Shown here: one piece after another, positions 49,429 to 60,356 of the stretch
Layout: every line of letters begins with the position of its first letter
How positions within the stretch are numbered: the first letter of the stretch is position 1
Assembly: GCA_963847625.1 (NCBI GenBank)
Contig: CAWKAR010000013.1
Location: forward strand, 120,733-184,732
DNA from: a candidate division FCPU426 bacterium
GTDB lineage: Bacteria > Oederibacteriota > Muellerivitia > Muellerivitales > Muellerivitaceae
Direction of reading: 5' to 3'
DNA length: 64,000 nt
Position numbers and translations under genes: made by a program
The notes under the pieces: model-generated
Database searches by the model: none
Seen by the model: the letters and a program-made list of their open reading frames with translations, nothing else
What the model was told of the DNA's origin: nothing

Positions 49429-49905
49429 TTATTTCTTTTCCGGCTTATCGGAAATTCCTTGAGGTTTGGATTCCTGTGGTTGAATCTTGGCCCGGAGGAA
49501 AATTTTCTCAAAAAGCCGGAGATACTCTTTCTTGAGTTCGGCGGTGGACCAGGACCTGTAATTGTTTTCGTTGAAATTCTCGCCAAGATAATCCTTGCTT
49601 TGGCGGATAAAGGTCAAGAGGGTTCCGGCCATCTCATCGGAGACGCTGCTGACGCCAGTGGAGATCGTCACATGTTGGAGAAGGCCGTCCTTGTAACGGT
49701 AGATCTGGTCTTGAGAAGGATTGACGATTCCGGAAATTTTCCCAGTAAAACTATCAGTGAAGAAAAGAACCTCTACATCTTTTCCGATAAGTTCAGAGAC
49801 GGTTGTCGTAGTTTGGGTATCAGATTGGCTGTGCAATGCGAAGCCACAATCCTTGCAAACTTTTTGGCTGGCATCGTTTTTGGCTCCACAATGAGAGCAT
49901 TTCAT
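49429..49905 (-). CDS. Zinc-ribbon domain protein
   Basis: MKCSHCG...KVCKDCG N-terminus; GGAG RBS. Confidence 0.7.
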   Translation of the reverse strand: MKCSHCGAKNDASQKVCKDCGFALHSQSDTQTTTTVSELIGKDVEVLFFTDSFTGKISGIVNPSQDQIYRYKDGLLQHVTISTGVSSVSDEMAGTLLTFIRQSKDYLGENFNENNYRSWSTAELKKEYLRLFEKIFLRAKIQPQESKPQGISDKPEKK

Positions 49906-50190
49906 AGTTTGTTTTCTCCAGGGAATGTTGGAATGGTAAATATAACCACGATACCTTTTTGATGCAAGCGTTTTCAGGATATTTCACCGCATTTCCCGAT
50001 TGATCCCGACGGTTCATTGCGAATGACATGACACGTTTTTCATCAATAAATTCATTGGTAAACTTATCTCTGGTCTCATTCAATGAGAAAACCAAGACTC
50101 AAATGAGTTCAGGAATAAAAATTAGAATTGCGAAAAAGCCATCCAGAAAACTCCGATACCCTGCGATTAGCAGATCAGGCAATCGAAAGA

Positions 50191-50391
50191 TCAATGGTCT
50201 CTTAACGGCCTGGAGGCGTCTGCAGTTCCCGAAGACACCGTTAGTTCACCCATAACCACCGAATCGTTTTCAACCCAAGTTTTACCTGGTTTCAAAAAGA
50301 TAATAATACCTGAAATAATCACCGCAATAATCAAAAGAAAAAGAAAAATGTATTCTGGCATTCCTTGTCCATTATGGTTCATCCACTTCAT
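50191..50391 (-). CDS. Small Flp/Tad pilin-like protein
   Basis: G|QGMPEY followed by a hydrophobic helix (class III signal-like); AGGGG RBS. Confidence 0.5.
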   Translation of the reverse strand: MKWMNHNGQGMPEYIFLFLLIIAVIISGIIIFLKPGKTWVENDSVVMGELTVSSGTADASRPLRDH

Positions 50392-51070
50392 GGCACCCCT
50401 TTGAAAGTATGGGATACCTTGATTTTACTCCTGTGGTAAAACTTATTCCCGTTTCGCTTGCAATTTGGCTATGGTAAATTGGTTGGAAAGGAAACCCAAA
50501 TCGCAGGGGTAAAATGGGACTGAATAAAGATTCCGTTTAATCAGCCAAGTTCCAACCTAGATACTTGACGTCTACATCTAATCGATTTCGATAAACCGAA
50601 TCACCCAAACGCAGTTCCTTCCAAAACAATAAAACTTTGAGTTTGCCTATCTTATCTTTTTTCCCGCAGTTCCCCGAATTTTAGTAACTATTCCCCAAAT
50701 AGATAAAATTCCTTCAATTAAACCGGCTTTACGGTCTCCAGGTTTAGCCTTAGTCTCCTCTTTGCTTGAAAAACTTTATACCTTTTACCCGTCAGTGACC
50801 CTTTTTGGTTCTACTGCTAATAATAGTAAAAGCCCCTATTCCATACAAATTCACAATTGTTTTGGGCTAGGCCTGTAAGAATTTGCTAACAATAAAGCCT
50901 AATTTTAGGAATAATAGATAGAAATGCCGACTGACCTTTACGTAATAAACAAAAAAAGAAAGATATTGCGTAGGTTTATATAGTTTAAGGTTAGTTGAAG
51001 CCTTGTGTGCCAAAAGAACCGAATTTTCGGCGGATTGTCGGTTCATGTTTAACAACATCGCGAGGGAATC

Positions 51071-51784
51071 ATGAAAAAGATCTACGGTCGGACATTATGG
51101 ATGGTTTTAAGCTTGTTTTGTTTCGTCTTGATTTTTTCGGAATCCTGCATGAAAAAGCCACTTTCAAGCGAAATCAAACCCGGTTATTCGGGCAGTGAAT
51201 TTTCGCAAAAAAGTCATCCTTCCACGACCCTTAACCGGATCCTCAGAAAGTTGGCCCTGCCGGAAAATATTGCCTATAACCCCCCGCAAACCATGATGAA
51301 AGGCCTGGCTCAAAAAGTTGATCTTCGCCTCACCGTAGCGGCCCAACTTGAGAAGTATAAAAAACAAATCGCTGACGGTGCCTTGAACGGAGAAGTGGGC
51401 GGAGCTAAGGATGTCACGGTGTTGGACTTGATGGAAGCTGACCTTGATGGAAACGGCGCCTTCAATATTACCCCTCCGGGGGTTGTCGAACAAACCGTCT
51501 CCCCGCAATCAAACCTCTGGACATGGATGGTGACACCTCTGCAGGAAGGGGACCACCGGTTGACTCTGAAGTTATCCATCATATTGCAAAAGAAAAACAA
51601 AAATGAACCGCGCGTGCTCAAGATTTTTGACAATGTCGTAACAGTGGTCGCCCCGCCACCACCTCCCTTCCCTCATAAAGTCATGGAGTTTTTGAGCAAT
51701 AACTGGCTATGGATTTGTTTATTGCTTTTGATTCCTCTTGTCGGCTTCCTGTTGGAAAACAAAGCAAAGACGAAGAAGCGATAG
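51071..51784 (+). CDS. Hypothetical exported protein with C-terminal membrane anchor
   Basis: N-terminal signal, WTWMVTPLQEG beta domain, poly-Pro, TM helix + basic tail. Confidence 0.7.
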   Translation: MKKIYGRTLWMVLSLFCFVLIFSESCMKKPLSSEIKPGYSGSEFSQKSHPSTTLNRILRKLALPENIAYNPPQTMMKGLAQKVDLRLTVAAQLEKYKKQIADGALNGEVGGAKDVTVLDLMEADLDGNGAFNITPPGVVEQTVSPQSNLWTWMVTPLQEGDHRLTLKLSIILQKKNKNEPRVLKIFDNVVTVVAPPPPPFPHKVMEFLSNNWLWICLLLLIPLVGFLLENKAKTKKR

Positions 51785-51852
51785 GCGGATAAACACAGAT
51801 CAGTCTATTTAAACCTGGCAGGTTTTGCCGCCGGTTTGCGCGCACGTCCTAT

Positions 51853-52728
51853 TTATTTCTCATTTTCCAATGCTTGGCGGATGAACGCCAATTCCTCGCT
51901 TCGGTTCTTATCGGGTTTCGGATAACTCATTTCTAGCTCCTTTAGAGCATGAAGAATTAGATGGGAAATAATCAATCTGGCGTTCTGCTTATCATCGGCC
52001 GGGACAATGAACCAGGGCGCCTTTTCGGTGCTAGTCGCGCTTAAGCATTCCTCGTAAACCCCCCAGTAATCCTTCCAGTATTTCCTTTCCCGGATATCGC
52101 TCATGTTGAATTTCCAGTTTTTTTCCGGGTCCTCCAGGCGGGCCAGGAAACGTTTCCTTTGTTCCTCCTTTGAAAGGTGGAGGAAAAATTTGAGGATATA
52201 GGTGCCATTCCGGTGGAGATGTTTCTCGGATTCCACAATGGAGCGGTACCTCCCCTTCCAAAGGTTGTCCTTTTCGAGAAGATTCTCTGGTAATTGTTCC
52301 CCCGTCAGAACCTCCGGATGGACCTGGGCGATGAGCACTTCCTCGTAGTAAGAACGGTTGAAAATGCCTATTTTTCCTCTTTCAGGCAACTTGCGGGTCG
52401 TTCTCCAAAGAAAATCATGCTCAAGTTCCTCGGCGCTCGGACGTTTGAAGCTGAAAACCTGACAACCCTGCGGATTGATTCCCGACATGACATGTTTGAT
52501 GGCGCCGTCTTTTCCCGCAGCGTCCATGGCCTGGAATATCAGGAGCAATGAATAGCGGTTGTGAGCGTAAAGAAGGCTCTGCAACGAACTGAGTTGCCCG
52601 ATGTGCTCCCCGAGGATTTTTTTATATTCCTCCTTTGAGTCATAAAACGGTTGAATTCGGGTGGGCCATTTTTTGAGATTAACCTCTTTCCCTTCCTTGA
52701 CGAGGAAATCCTTAATATGAATTTTCAT
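51853..52728 (-). CDS. ppk2: Polyphosphate kinase 2 family protein
   Basis: [52 protein letters not shown]. Confidence 0.93.
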   Translation of the reverse strand: MKIHIKDFLVKEGKEVNLKKWPTRIQPFYDSKEEYKKILGEHIGQLSSLQSLLYAHNRYSLLLIFQAMDAAGKDGAIKHVMSGINPQGCQVFSFKRPSAEELEHDFLWRTTRKLPERGKIGIFNRSYYEEVLIAQVHPEVLTGEQLPENLLEKDNLWKGRYRSIVESEKHLHRNGTYILKFFLHLSKEEQRKRFLARLEDPEKNWKFNMSDIRERKYWKDYWGVYEECLSATSTEKAPWFIVPADDKQNARLIISHLILHALKELEMSYPKPDKNRSEELAFIRQALENEK

Positions 52729-53243
52729 TTTCCTAATCCTCTCTTTGATTCAGGCGGTCTATGGAAACTACCGGGATAAGCTGCAGTTTGCAGGGATCCT
52801 TCATAATGGACCCCTCAATCGTAATCCTGCTTGAACTCGCTTGTTTTAAAATCGGGGGTGGCAAAAAGTCTTATTAGGCTGACCCTCATTTTAGATTAAA
52901 TTGGAGTAAATGCCCTAAAAGATGACTATTTTCAGTTTACGGGACTGTAAATTCTCCCCGAGCGTTAATTGACCCGGACAGTTGTAAAATGCGTCTAGTA
53001 TCCATTCGAAACCGTTTTTTGTGATCATTACATACATTTTGTCCGGTTAAGGGCTTGTTTATTGAAAATAAGTCAAACATTTCACCAGTCCCCATCGAAA
53101 CTCCCCGATTTTCTCCTGGAACCCTTGCGGCCCAAGTTGGATTGTGATATATGTCATACATCGTTCTAATTGAAATTTCTTCCAAACGAACCCCCCGGTA
53201 GCCGCGCAGGCCGGCTGGTACTTTTGGCAGTTTTGGAGGGTTC

Positions 53244-54878
53244 ATGCTTAGCAGGTCTCACCGTTGCCTTTTTGTTTATCCCCGTTTCACCTCAAAATCC
53301 TTCTGGAACTATCGCGCCACTTGTGAAATTGTTGGCGCCCGTTATCCGGCAGCCCCTCTGGGCCTCATTACTGTGGCCGCCATGCTCCCATCCGAATGGG
53401 ATGTCCGTTTGAACGACCTCAATACCCGGGAACTCAATGAGAAAGATGTTGAATGGGCTGACATGGTCTTCTTGGGGGGCATGATTTCCCAACAGCCGGA
53501 CCACCTGCGGTTGATCGAACATTTTCGCCGCCTCGGGAAAATCGTGGTGACGGGAGGACCCGATGCCACCTCCAGCCCTCACCTCTACAGCAACGCGAAT
53601 CATCTCGTCTTAGGCGAGGCCGAAGTTACTTTCCCCGAATTCCTTTTGGATTTCAACCAGGGCGCGGCCAAGCACCTTTACCAGGCGGCGGAACGCAAGG
53701 CCGACATGACGCAGAGCCCCACTCCCCGCTTCGATCTTTTGGTATTCAGCGATTACCTGCAAGTTGGAATCCAATGGAACCGCGGCTGTCCCTTTATGTG
53801 CGAGTTCTGCGACATCATCGAACTCTTCGGGCGCAAACCCCGCGGAAAAACCGTCGAACAGGTTCTCAAGGAGCTCCAGACGCTCTATTCCCTGGGTTAC
53901 CGGGGACATGTGGACATCGTGGACGACAATTTCATCGGCAACAAGAAAGCCGTCAAGGAACTTTTACCCCACATCATCCGGTGGGCGAAGGAACACAGAT
54001 GGCCCTTCGAGTTTTCAACCGAAGCTTCGTTAAACCTTTCCGATGACGAGGCCCTGATGGATCTTATGCAAGAAGCCGGTTTCGCCTGGCTGTTCGTGGG
54101 GATCGAAAACCCCAATGAGAAGACGCTCCTAGCGACCCAAAAACGGCAAAACACACACCGCTCCATCGCCGAGAGCGTGCACAAACTCATACGGCACGGC
54201 ATGATCGTCAACGCCGGCTATATTGTGGGATTCGACGCTGAAAAGGGCGACGTGGCCCAATCCATCCTGGATTGTATCGAGGCCACCTCCATCCCGGTCA
54301 ACATGGTGGGACTCTTATTCGCCCTGCCCAACACCCAGCTCACCCGGCGGTTGAAGAAGGAAGGGCGGCTGGATGAGAATTTCGAGATTCCCCCGGATCA
54401 AACGGCCTGCCAGTGCGTGGCGGGCTTGAATTTCACAACCCTCCGGCCTCGCAACGAGATCCTGAACGATTTTTACAGGGTGGTGAAGGAATCCTTGACT
54501 CCCGAGAAGTTCTTCGACAGGGTCCTGCGGATGGCTCTCATACTCGACTGTTCCCGCAATAAATTAAGAATTCCTTTGCGTCTTCAACTCAAATACCTGC
54601 GTTCTTTCATGCGCCTTGCAAGGACACTTGGCATGAAGCCTTCTACGCGCGGGTATTTCTGGAAAGTGTTTATCAACGTGCTTTTGAAGAACCCGGTAGG
54701 CATCCGCCAGGCCGTGTCGGTGATGGCCCTTTACCTGCATTTCGAAGATTTTCGGGATTATGTCTTGGGACGGCTGGAAACAGAAATGGCGGCAATCCAA
54801 AAAGAAGGCGATCCAAGGATAAAGGTCCAACTCAAAAGAGCTTTTCTCCCGGAACCAGCTTCCTTGCCGGTGATTTAA
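53244..54878 (+). CDS. B12-binding radical SAM protein (DUF4070-type)
   Basis: PLGLITVAAMLP, GGPD, RGCPFMCEFCDI (CxxxCxxC), VDDNFIGN, ALPNTQL. Confidence 0.93.
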   Translation: MLSRSHRCLFVYPRFTSKSFWNYRATCEIVGARYPAAPLGLITVAAMLPSEWDVRLNDLNTRELNEKDVEWADMVFLGGMISQQPDHLRLIEHFRRLGKIVVTGGPDATSSPHLYSNANHLVLGEAEVTFPEFLLDFNQGAAKHLYQAAERKADMTQSPTPRFDLLVFSDYLQVGIQWNRGCPFMCEFCDIIELFGRKPRGKTVEQVLKELQTLYSLGYRGHVDIVDDNFIGNKKAVKELLPHIIRWAKEHRWPFEFSTEASLNLSDDEALMDLMQEAGFAWLFVGIENPNEKTLLATQKRQNTHRSIAESVHKLIRHGMIVNAGYIVGFDAEKGDVAQSILDCIEATSIPVNMVGLLFALPNTQLTRRLKKEGRLDENFEIPPDQTACQCVAGLNFTTLRPRNEILNDFYRVVKESLTPEKFFDRVLRMALILDCSRNKLRIPLRLQLKYLRSFMRLARTLGMKPSTRGYFWKVFINVLLKNPVGIRQAVSVMALYLHFEDFRDYVLGRLETEMAAIQKEGDPRIKVQLKRAFLPEPASLPVI

Positions 54879-54974
54879 TCATCCCGAATCCTTGAACATT
54901 TCAAAATCAGTCAGTTCCAGTTCATTCCCCATTTCTTTTCTTATTTCTCCTTATATTTCCTGAATCCCGGAATA

Positions 54975-56306
54975 TTACGGATGAGCGGGAGTGGAAACAG
55001 GGTTCCGCGCAGGGCCCGGTCCGGCCAAACTCTCGGCGGTCCGAAGGCATTCTTCCGCCAGGTCTTTCTTCCCCGCTTTTTTGTAGGCCCAGGCGAGTCT
55101 TTGGTAGATCTCGGGATTTTTTTCGTCCAGTGCCGCTGCGGCTTGAAGCGCCTCAATTTGACCCGCCGTCCGGCCCAGGGAATAGTCGGCCGAAGCCAGG
55201 TTGATTAAATAAAGCGAGTTTTGGGGATCCATCTCATGCGCCTTTTTAAAAGCGTCGGCCGCCTCTTCAAACCGTTTCAAGTTGAAATAACCCGTCCCCA
55301 GGTCGTCATAGTTGGGTGGATACCCAGGTTCGCACCGGACCGTTTCCCGGGCTTCCTCCAAAGCCGCTTTCGGATCGCCCAACTTCTGGTAAGCCATGTA
55401 AAGACAGTTGTGCGGTACGGGATCTTGGGGGTTGAGAGCCGCTTCTTCCTTGAATTCCCCGACCGCTTCCTGTGTCCGCCCCAGGTTCAAAAGGGCGTAT
55501 CCTTTTCCCCCGCGCAGGGCAGGTTTTCGGGGGTTTAGCTCGACGGCCTTTTCGAAAGCCGGCAGGGCATCGGCCCACCGTCCCGCCAGCAAATAGGCGT
55601 CACCCAAGTTTTGGTAGAGGATGACCGAGTTGCCTGGTGCTACTTTCGCCGCGTTCTCCCAGAGACTGACTGCGTCCTTCCAGGTTTCAATCTGCCGGGC
55701 CGTCATAATCCCGAGCACCACCGCCAATGCCCCCATCCCGAGAAAGAAGGCCATCCGTCTTTTATGGAGCGGCACTGCCAACGCGGCGGAGAGGAGCAAA
55801 AAGGGAGCCAGGCTGGGAATATAGGTGTAACGGTCGGCGGCGGCATGGGAGCCCACCTGGACAAGCCCCAAAACCGGGGCCAGAGTGGCCAGGTAGTAAA
55901 GCCAACTGGCGCTCAGGTATGGCCGCTTCCCTCGGAGAATAAAGCAAGCAGCGGTCACCAGCAGAATAAGAAAAAACGATCCCATGGATTCGGTGAAGAA
56001 TTTTTCGCCAAACAACATAAGGGGATAAAACCCGGACAGGTCCGTGGGCACCGCCATTTTCCACAGGTAGAACAAGACCGACCGGGAGGCGTTGAGGAGG
56101 CGCAAGTCGATGGGCGAGGTTTGCAAGGTCTGCAACGCTCCTTCCCGGACTTCCGCCACCGTCGTGACCCATCCCGCCAATATCGCCAGGATGAAAAACG
56201 GGATTTTTTCCAGGAGAGCCTTCCGCAAGTCGGAGGCAAAGCGTTTCAAGGGCCAATAATCAAACAGTAGCAGGACCACCGGCAGTGAAACGGCCATGGG
56301 TTTGGC
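54975..56306 (-). pseudogene. 5'-truncated TMTC-like membrane/TPR protein
   Basis: Begins mid-protein at AKPMAVSLPVVLLL.D; ADRYTY motif; multiple TPRs. The N-terminal TM domain is missing at the junction. Confidence 0.85.
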
Positions 56307-56366
56307 GGTCACCCTTCTGAATCCCCGCCACGGTGCTGTACGCCTTCCCCCTCGCCTCCCTCCCGA

Positions 56367-56570
56367 CTACAACAACCGAACACGCGTTTTCAGGTCCGTC
56401 TTTCCTGCGACAACAGCTTTGGAATTCTCAGAAGGCCACACGACAATTTCCTCATAGCAAGCTGTGCCAAACATCTCTTCATGCGTCGGTTCAGTAAACA
56501 GCATAGGAAATGCGGCCTCCAATTTGCCGTCGACGTTCAAGAAACTCAGTGGCGTTGTAATCTTGTCCAT
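56367..56570 (-). CDS. Small hypothetical protein
   Basis: 67 aa from MDKITT with GGGAGG RBS. Confidence 0.4.
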   Translation of the reverse strand: MDKITTPLSFLNVDGKLEAAFPMLFTEPTHEEMFGTACYEEIVVWPSENSKAVVAGKTDLKTRVRLL

Positions 56571-57457
56571 CTGTCCTCCCCGTCTTTCTGCAAAGATACT
56601 CTGACAGCCCCAGGTTTGCAATCTTATCTCATTTGCATTTTCGTCTCAATCCCTTTGCACTTTGCTACCCGCAATATGCCGTTCCTCCCGTAGGCTCCCA
56701 GAACAACCCGCCAATCGTCTCCTCTTGTCCTTGTCGTCTCACGTCTTTTGCCGATACTCAGCCCTGAGCCCCCGAAATCGTCGGCGGCCTGCCTGCCGAA
56801 GTGCCCTCGGCACGCAGGCAGGTGTGCGTTGGCGGCCTAATCAAGTGCGTTCAAATGTCGGTGAAACACAACCTGAAGATCGAGACTGCAGAACTCCCTC
56901 CTCACCGACATTTATGGCCTGTGTGTTGGCGGCTCTATCAAGTGGGTTACGATTTCGGCCTCCCTTTCCCGCTTCTGGATTCCGCTTACAAGCGGGATTC
57001 AAAGAGCGGAACTTTGGTTGCTTTTCCCGCCCTTTTGGGATCCCGCACGGTTTGCATGATCCTCAGAGCGGGACTTCGGAGGAGCGAAGAAAGTAACTGA
57101 CGCTCAAGAGCTCAATCATGCCGCGTCACACTCATCCGAACAATCCGCCCTTCGATTCCGCTCACATTTCCCCTCCCACCATTTCTGCCAATCGTTTCTC
57201 TTTGCATTTCAAATAGCCCATTCCTTATCTTGCCTCCGCATCATCAGACCATTAAAGTGACACACTGAATCCAACAAACAACCCTCAACACCATCCACTC
57301 ATTTTCGCAACACCTGCTTCATCTGTAACCGCGGATAGCAGCACATTCTCCACCAATTTCCTCGTTTGAAAATCTAGCCCAGAGTCCAGAGACCTTTTGA
57401 GTCCAGAGACCATTCGCCGGGGAGGACCCTTCTTTCGAAGCGGTTTGAACCGGCCAC

Positions 57458-58432
57458 TTGCACCTGATCTCTCTCACCAGGACCAGAACTCTGGATTCCA
57501 TCAAAATCATAGGCCGCAGCCCTTCTATCACAAGACTCAAGGCGAGAATCCCGCTCCTCGCGGCTGATCTTGAGCCTCTCGTGATCATAGGAGAGACTGG
57601 TGTCGGCAAGACGTTGCTCGCCAAAACCATCCACGCAAGTAGTGAACGAAGATCCTCAAATCTAGATTCGGTCAACTGCAGAATCCTGAGTGAACGCGAA
57701 CAAAGGGTGGCGCTTTTTGGTGGAGTCCCACCGGAACTCCAAACCACCCGGCGCGGTTGCCTCGAACCCCCATCGACGGTTGTCATCAAGCACATCGACC
57801 ACGCAAACCCATTCCTTCAAGATAAACTGGCCGAAGCATTGGGGAAGAAGAGAATCACAAGACTCGGATCTGACAACGTAGAGCTTGTTCTTTCTAGACC
57901 TATTTTTACTCTGCAACAATCGCTCCCCAGTCTCTATCACAAAGGAAGAATCATAGAGCCGTTCTTCCGCCGGCTCAGAGAATACAAACATGCCACCGTG
58001 CCTCCTCTCCGCGAACGGAAGGAAGACATACCACTCCTCGTTGAACATTTCTTGGATCAGTTCCTTGATCGCTGGAATGTTCTGGGGCCGGCTCGTGCTG
58101 AGGCTACACGAACGATCAAAAGTGGTGGGAGAATCGAAGCAGAACTCGTCAAGCTATTGAAGCATCAGAGGTGGGAAGAGAATGTTCTGCAGCTTAAGGC
58201 CTATGTCCGGAGCTTGCTTCAACCCAATCATCGAGATTCAATCCAAGAGCGGGAGAAAATCGAGGTGACGAAAATGATTTCGATGATAGAGGAAGAAAAT
58301 GAATTCTCCTTGCTTCAGTCTTTGGCGCTGATCCAGAGATGTATCATCGATCGGGCTCTGCAGCAGTGCGAAGGCAACCGAACAGCAGCAGCCGCGATGC
58401 TCGGACTTACCAAGCGATCCATCCACAGATGA
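57458..58432 (+). CDS. Degenerate sigma54-interaction (NtrC/Fis-type) regulator
   Basis: IIGRSPSI, GETGVGKT, VNC, VPPLRERKEDIPLLVEHFL and a Fis HTH are present. GAFTGA and the Walker B DE are absent. Confidence 0.8.
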   Translation: MHLISLTRTRTLDSIKIIGRSPSITRLKARIPLLAADLEPLVIIGETGVGKTLLAKTIHASSERRSSNLDSVNCRILSEREQRVALFGGVPPELQTTRRGCLEPPSTVVIKHIDHANPFLQDKLAEALGKKRITRLGSDNVELVLSRPIFTLQQSLPSLYHKGRIIEPFFRRLREYKHATVPPLRERKEDIPLLVEHFLDQFLDRWNVLGPARAEATRTIKSGGRIEAELVKLLKHQRWEENVLQLKAYVRSLLQPNHRDSIQEREKIEVTKMISMIEEENEFSLLQSLALIQRCIIDRALQQCEGNRTAAAAMLGLTKRSIHR

Positions 58433-58923
58433 TCTGGTTCTCAGGTCACCTCTAACGAATCTCCAATCTGTCTCGTCTCCCGTCTACTACTCCACTTCCT
58501 ACCAGCCCCGATCTAGCTCCGATCCCCCGTCTTTATCTCCAATCTGCTTCCTGTCTTCCGCACGCGCACCGACAATCGTCAATCCCAAATCGGAAACTCG
58601 TGGTGAGCACCTGCCCGCCGTTGCTAGCTCTCGATGGAAGGCGGGAAGCCTGCACTGAGCTGCGAAGAGTCGCGCCATCACAATTGCCCCGTCTTTCGTC
58701 TCACTCCCACAGCTTAGTCTATAGCCCTGACGTCTCCCGTCTCACCCCCCTAGCTTAATCCGTAGCCCTGACGTTTAACTACCTCAGTTTCTTCCCCGCC
58801 CAAAAAGTTCCCCCAAAAAGCAGGCTTTTATGCCTGCTTGTTTTCCCTCACTCGTTCCTCGTAATTGCTCCCCGGTTCTTTGAGAACCTGGTGCTGGGAC
58901 AAGCGTGAAGCATCATTGGTCGT

Positions 58924-58985
58924 GATAACGGTGATTTTTGAAGACGAGTTATCTGATAACACCCATTTTTAAAAACCGCGTTATC
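58924..58985. promoter_or_regulatory. Tandem palindromic sites upstream of the Xer-like gene
   Basis: GATAAC-N18-GTTATC-T-GATAAC-N19-GTTATC. Confidence 0.55.
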
Positions 58986-59054
58986 CAAACAAAATCGACA
59001 AGATCGCTGAAGGGCACCCCTTCTAGAAGAATTTTTTTTCAGAACCAGTTGCGC

Positions 59055-59917
59055 ATGGGCTTACGAGAAACCCCAGACATCACCGAAGCCACTATAGCCA
59101 GGTTCATCGAACATCTCAGGAAGAGCAAAATGTCAGAACAGACTGTAAGAGCGTATGCATCCGATGTAAACAGCTTCTTACACCGAGCAGCTGCGGGATC
59201 TAACTCCACTGATCTCGATTCCATCGTTGCGATGCAAACGAAGGACATCGAAGACTATCTATCCAGCCTCGCCCGCGCCGGATCGAAATTCGCATCTGTC
59301 AAACGAACATCGTGCGCCTTGAGGAACTTCTTCCTTTTCCTCGTTCACCAGGGCGTGATGAAGAACAATCCTGCTGTCGCACTCCGCGTGACACCTGTCC
59401 AGCCCGCCACGCTTTCACCCGATGACATCGTTTCCATCTTTCAACATCTCAATCATCGTCAGATCTCCGCCGAGGGTGGCGACGTGGTTCGGCACCAAAG
59501 GGATGAGCTTATCCTCTTCCTTATGATCTTCTTTGGGGTTCGCCAATGTCAAATCTGCACGCTCAAACTCTCTTTAATTCAAACAACCGCCAAGTCTGTA
59601 TCACTCATCATCAGCACAATGTCCACCCTGCGCCTCCACGCACAGGTCTGAGGAAACTTCGCTCATACCTCGAGATGAGAAACTCCAGCTCCGATGCCAT
59701 CTTTCTTGAATCCCTCGGAAAGAAACCACTCGATCACTGGGGCGTTCGCCATCTCCTGAATGACCTCAGTCAAGCTCTTCAGATTGACTGCTCGCCCAAA
59801 TCGCTGCATACCACCTATCTGCACTTGCAGCAGCATCAAGAAATCCGCGAGCCGCTCATCAGGCAAATCTTGTCAATCGGAGCTACCCACAACTACAGTG
59901 CGTCGCCAAATGCGTAA
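59055..59917 (+). CDS. XerC/D-like tyrosine recombinase homolog, degenerate active site; 1-nt frameshift at ~59648
   Basis: SEQTVRAYASDV...SCALRNFFLFL...NNPA; RDELIL...GVR. Continues in the 59546-59917 frame (SPKSLHTTY). Confidence 0.75.
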
Positions 59918-60295
59918 TCGCGATCTGTTTTGTCTCATCATCTTGTCGCTCCTGAGCAGTTGTAACCTTCCCTCCGCACTTGATGACCCGGAGTTGCTGA
60001 GCAGTCTCCGCTTCTCACCCAGCGCTTTCGATTCCTTCAAATCAAACACGCAAATCCTTTACTCGCTTAAGTTCCGGCCACTCTCAATGCTTACATCGCG
60101 AAAATCGATTCTGCTGGAAAGGAGTATCTCGTGAAGACTCTCGTCCTCAATGTTGCCGAATCAAAGGGCTCACACTCCCATACCTGGCTCGGCGATACCG
60201 ATGACGGATACTTCGCTCCGTCCGGGCTCTACATCGGCATAATCAAGATTCAGGAGCGACGTTTTGAATCAACAGTTCTGGTTTTCCACTACTAG
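59910..60295 (+). CDS. Lipoprotein with FlgD Ig-like domain; 1-nt frameshift at ~60072
   Basis: LSSC lipobox. After the shift it reads LVKTLV....ESKGSHSHTWLGDTDDGYFAPSGLYI...VLVFHY*. Start overlaps the recombinase stop. Confidence 0.7.
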
Positions 60296-60308
60296 CTCCT
60301 ACGGCTTA

Positions 60309-60336
60309 CCCCCTTGTTAAGGGGGGCCGGGGGGTC
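60309..60336. repeat. CCCCCTT..AAGGGGG..GGGGGTC palindromic repeat, copy 1
   Basis: Matches 62926-62955 in direct orientation. Confidence 0.65.
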
Positions 60337-60356
60337 ATACATCTGAGGAGGTTCCC

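Noticed and set aside
49390..49962. 190-aa + strand ORF
   Set aside because: Antisense to the zinc-ribbon gene, which has an RBS and a clear motif.
53244..54878. Radical SAM enzyme as maturase of the repeat precursor
   Set aside because: It lies on the other side of the 56.3-kb junction and belongs to a widespread stand-alone family.
56662..57100. ORFs 56662-57096 and 56801-57100
   Set aside because: No RBS or motif; they overlap a CCTGCCTGC..GCAGGCAGG palindrome and CGTCTC-rich repeats.
59055..59917. Integron integrase with cassettes
   Set aside because: Catalytic motifs are degenerate, no IntI-specific insertion is seen, and no attC sites follow.
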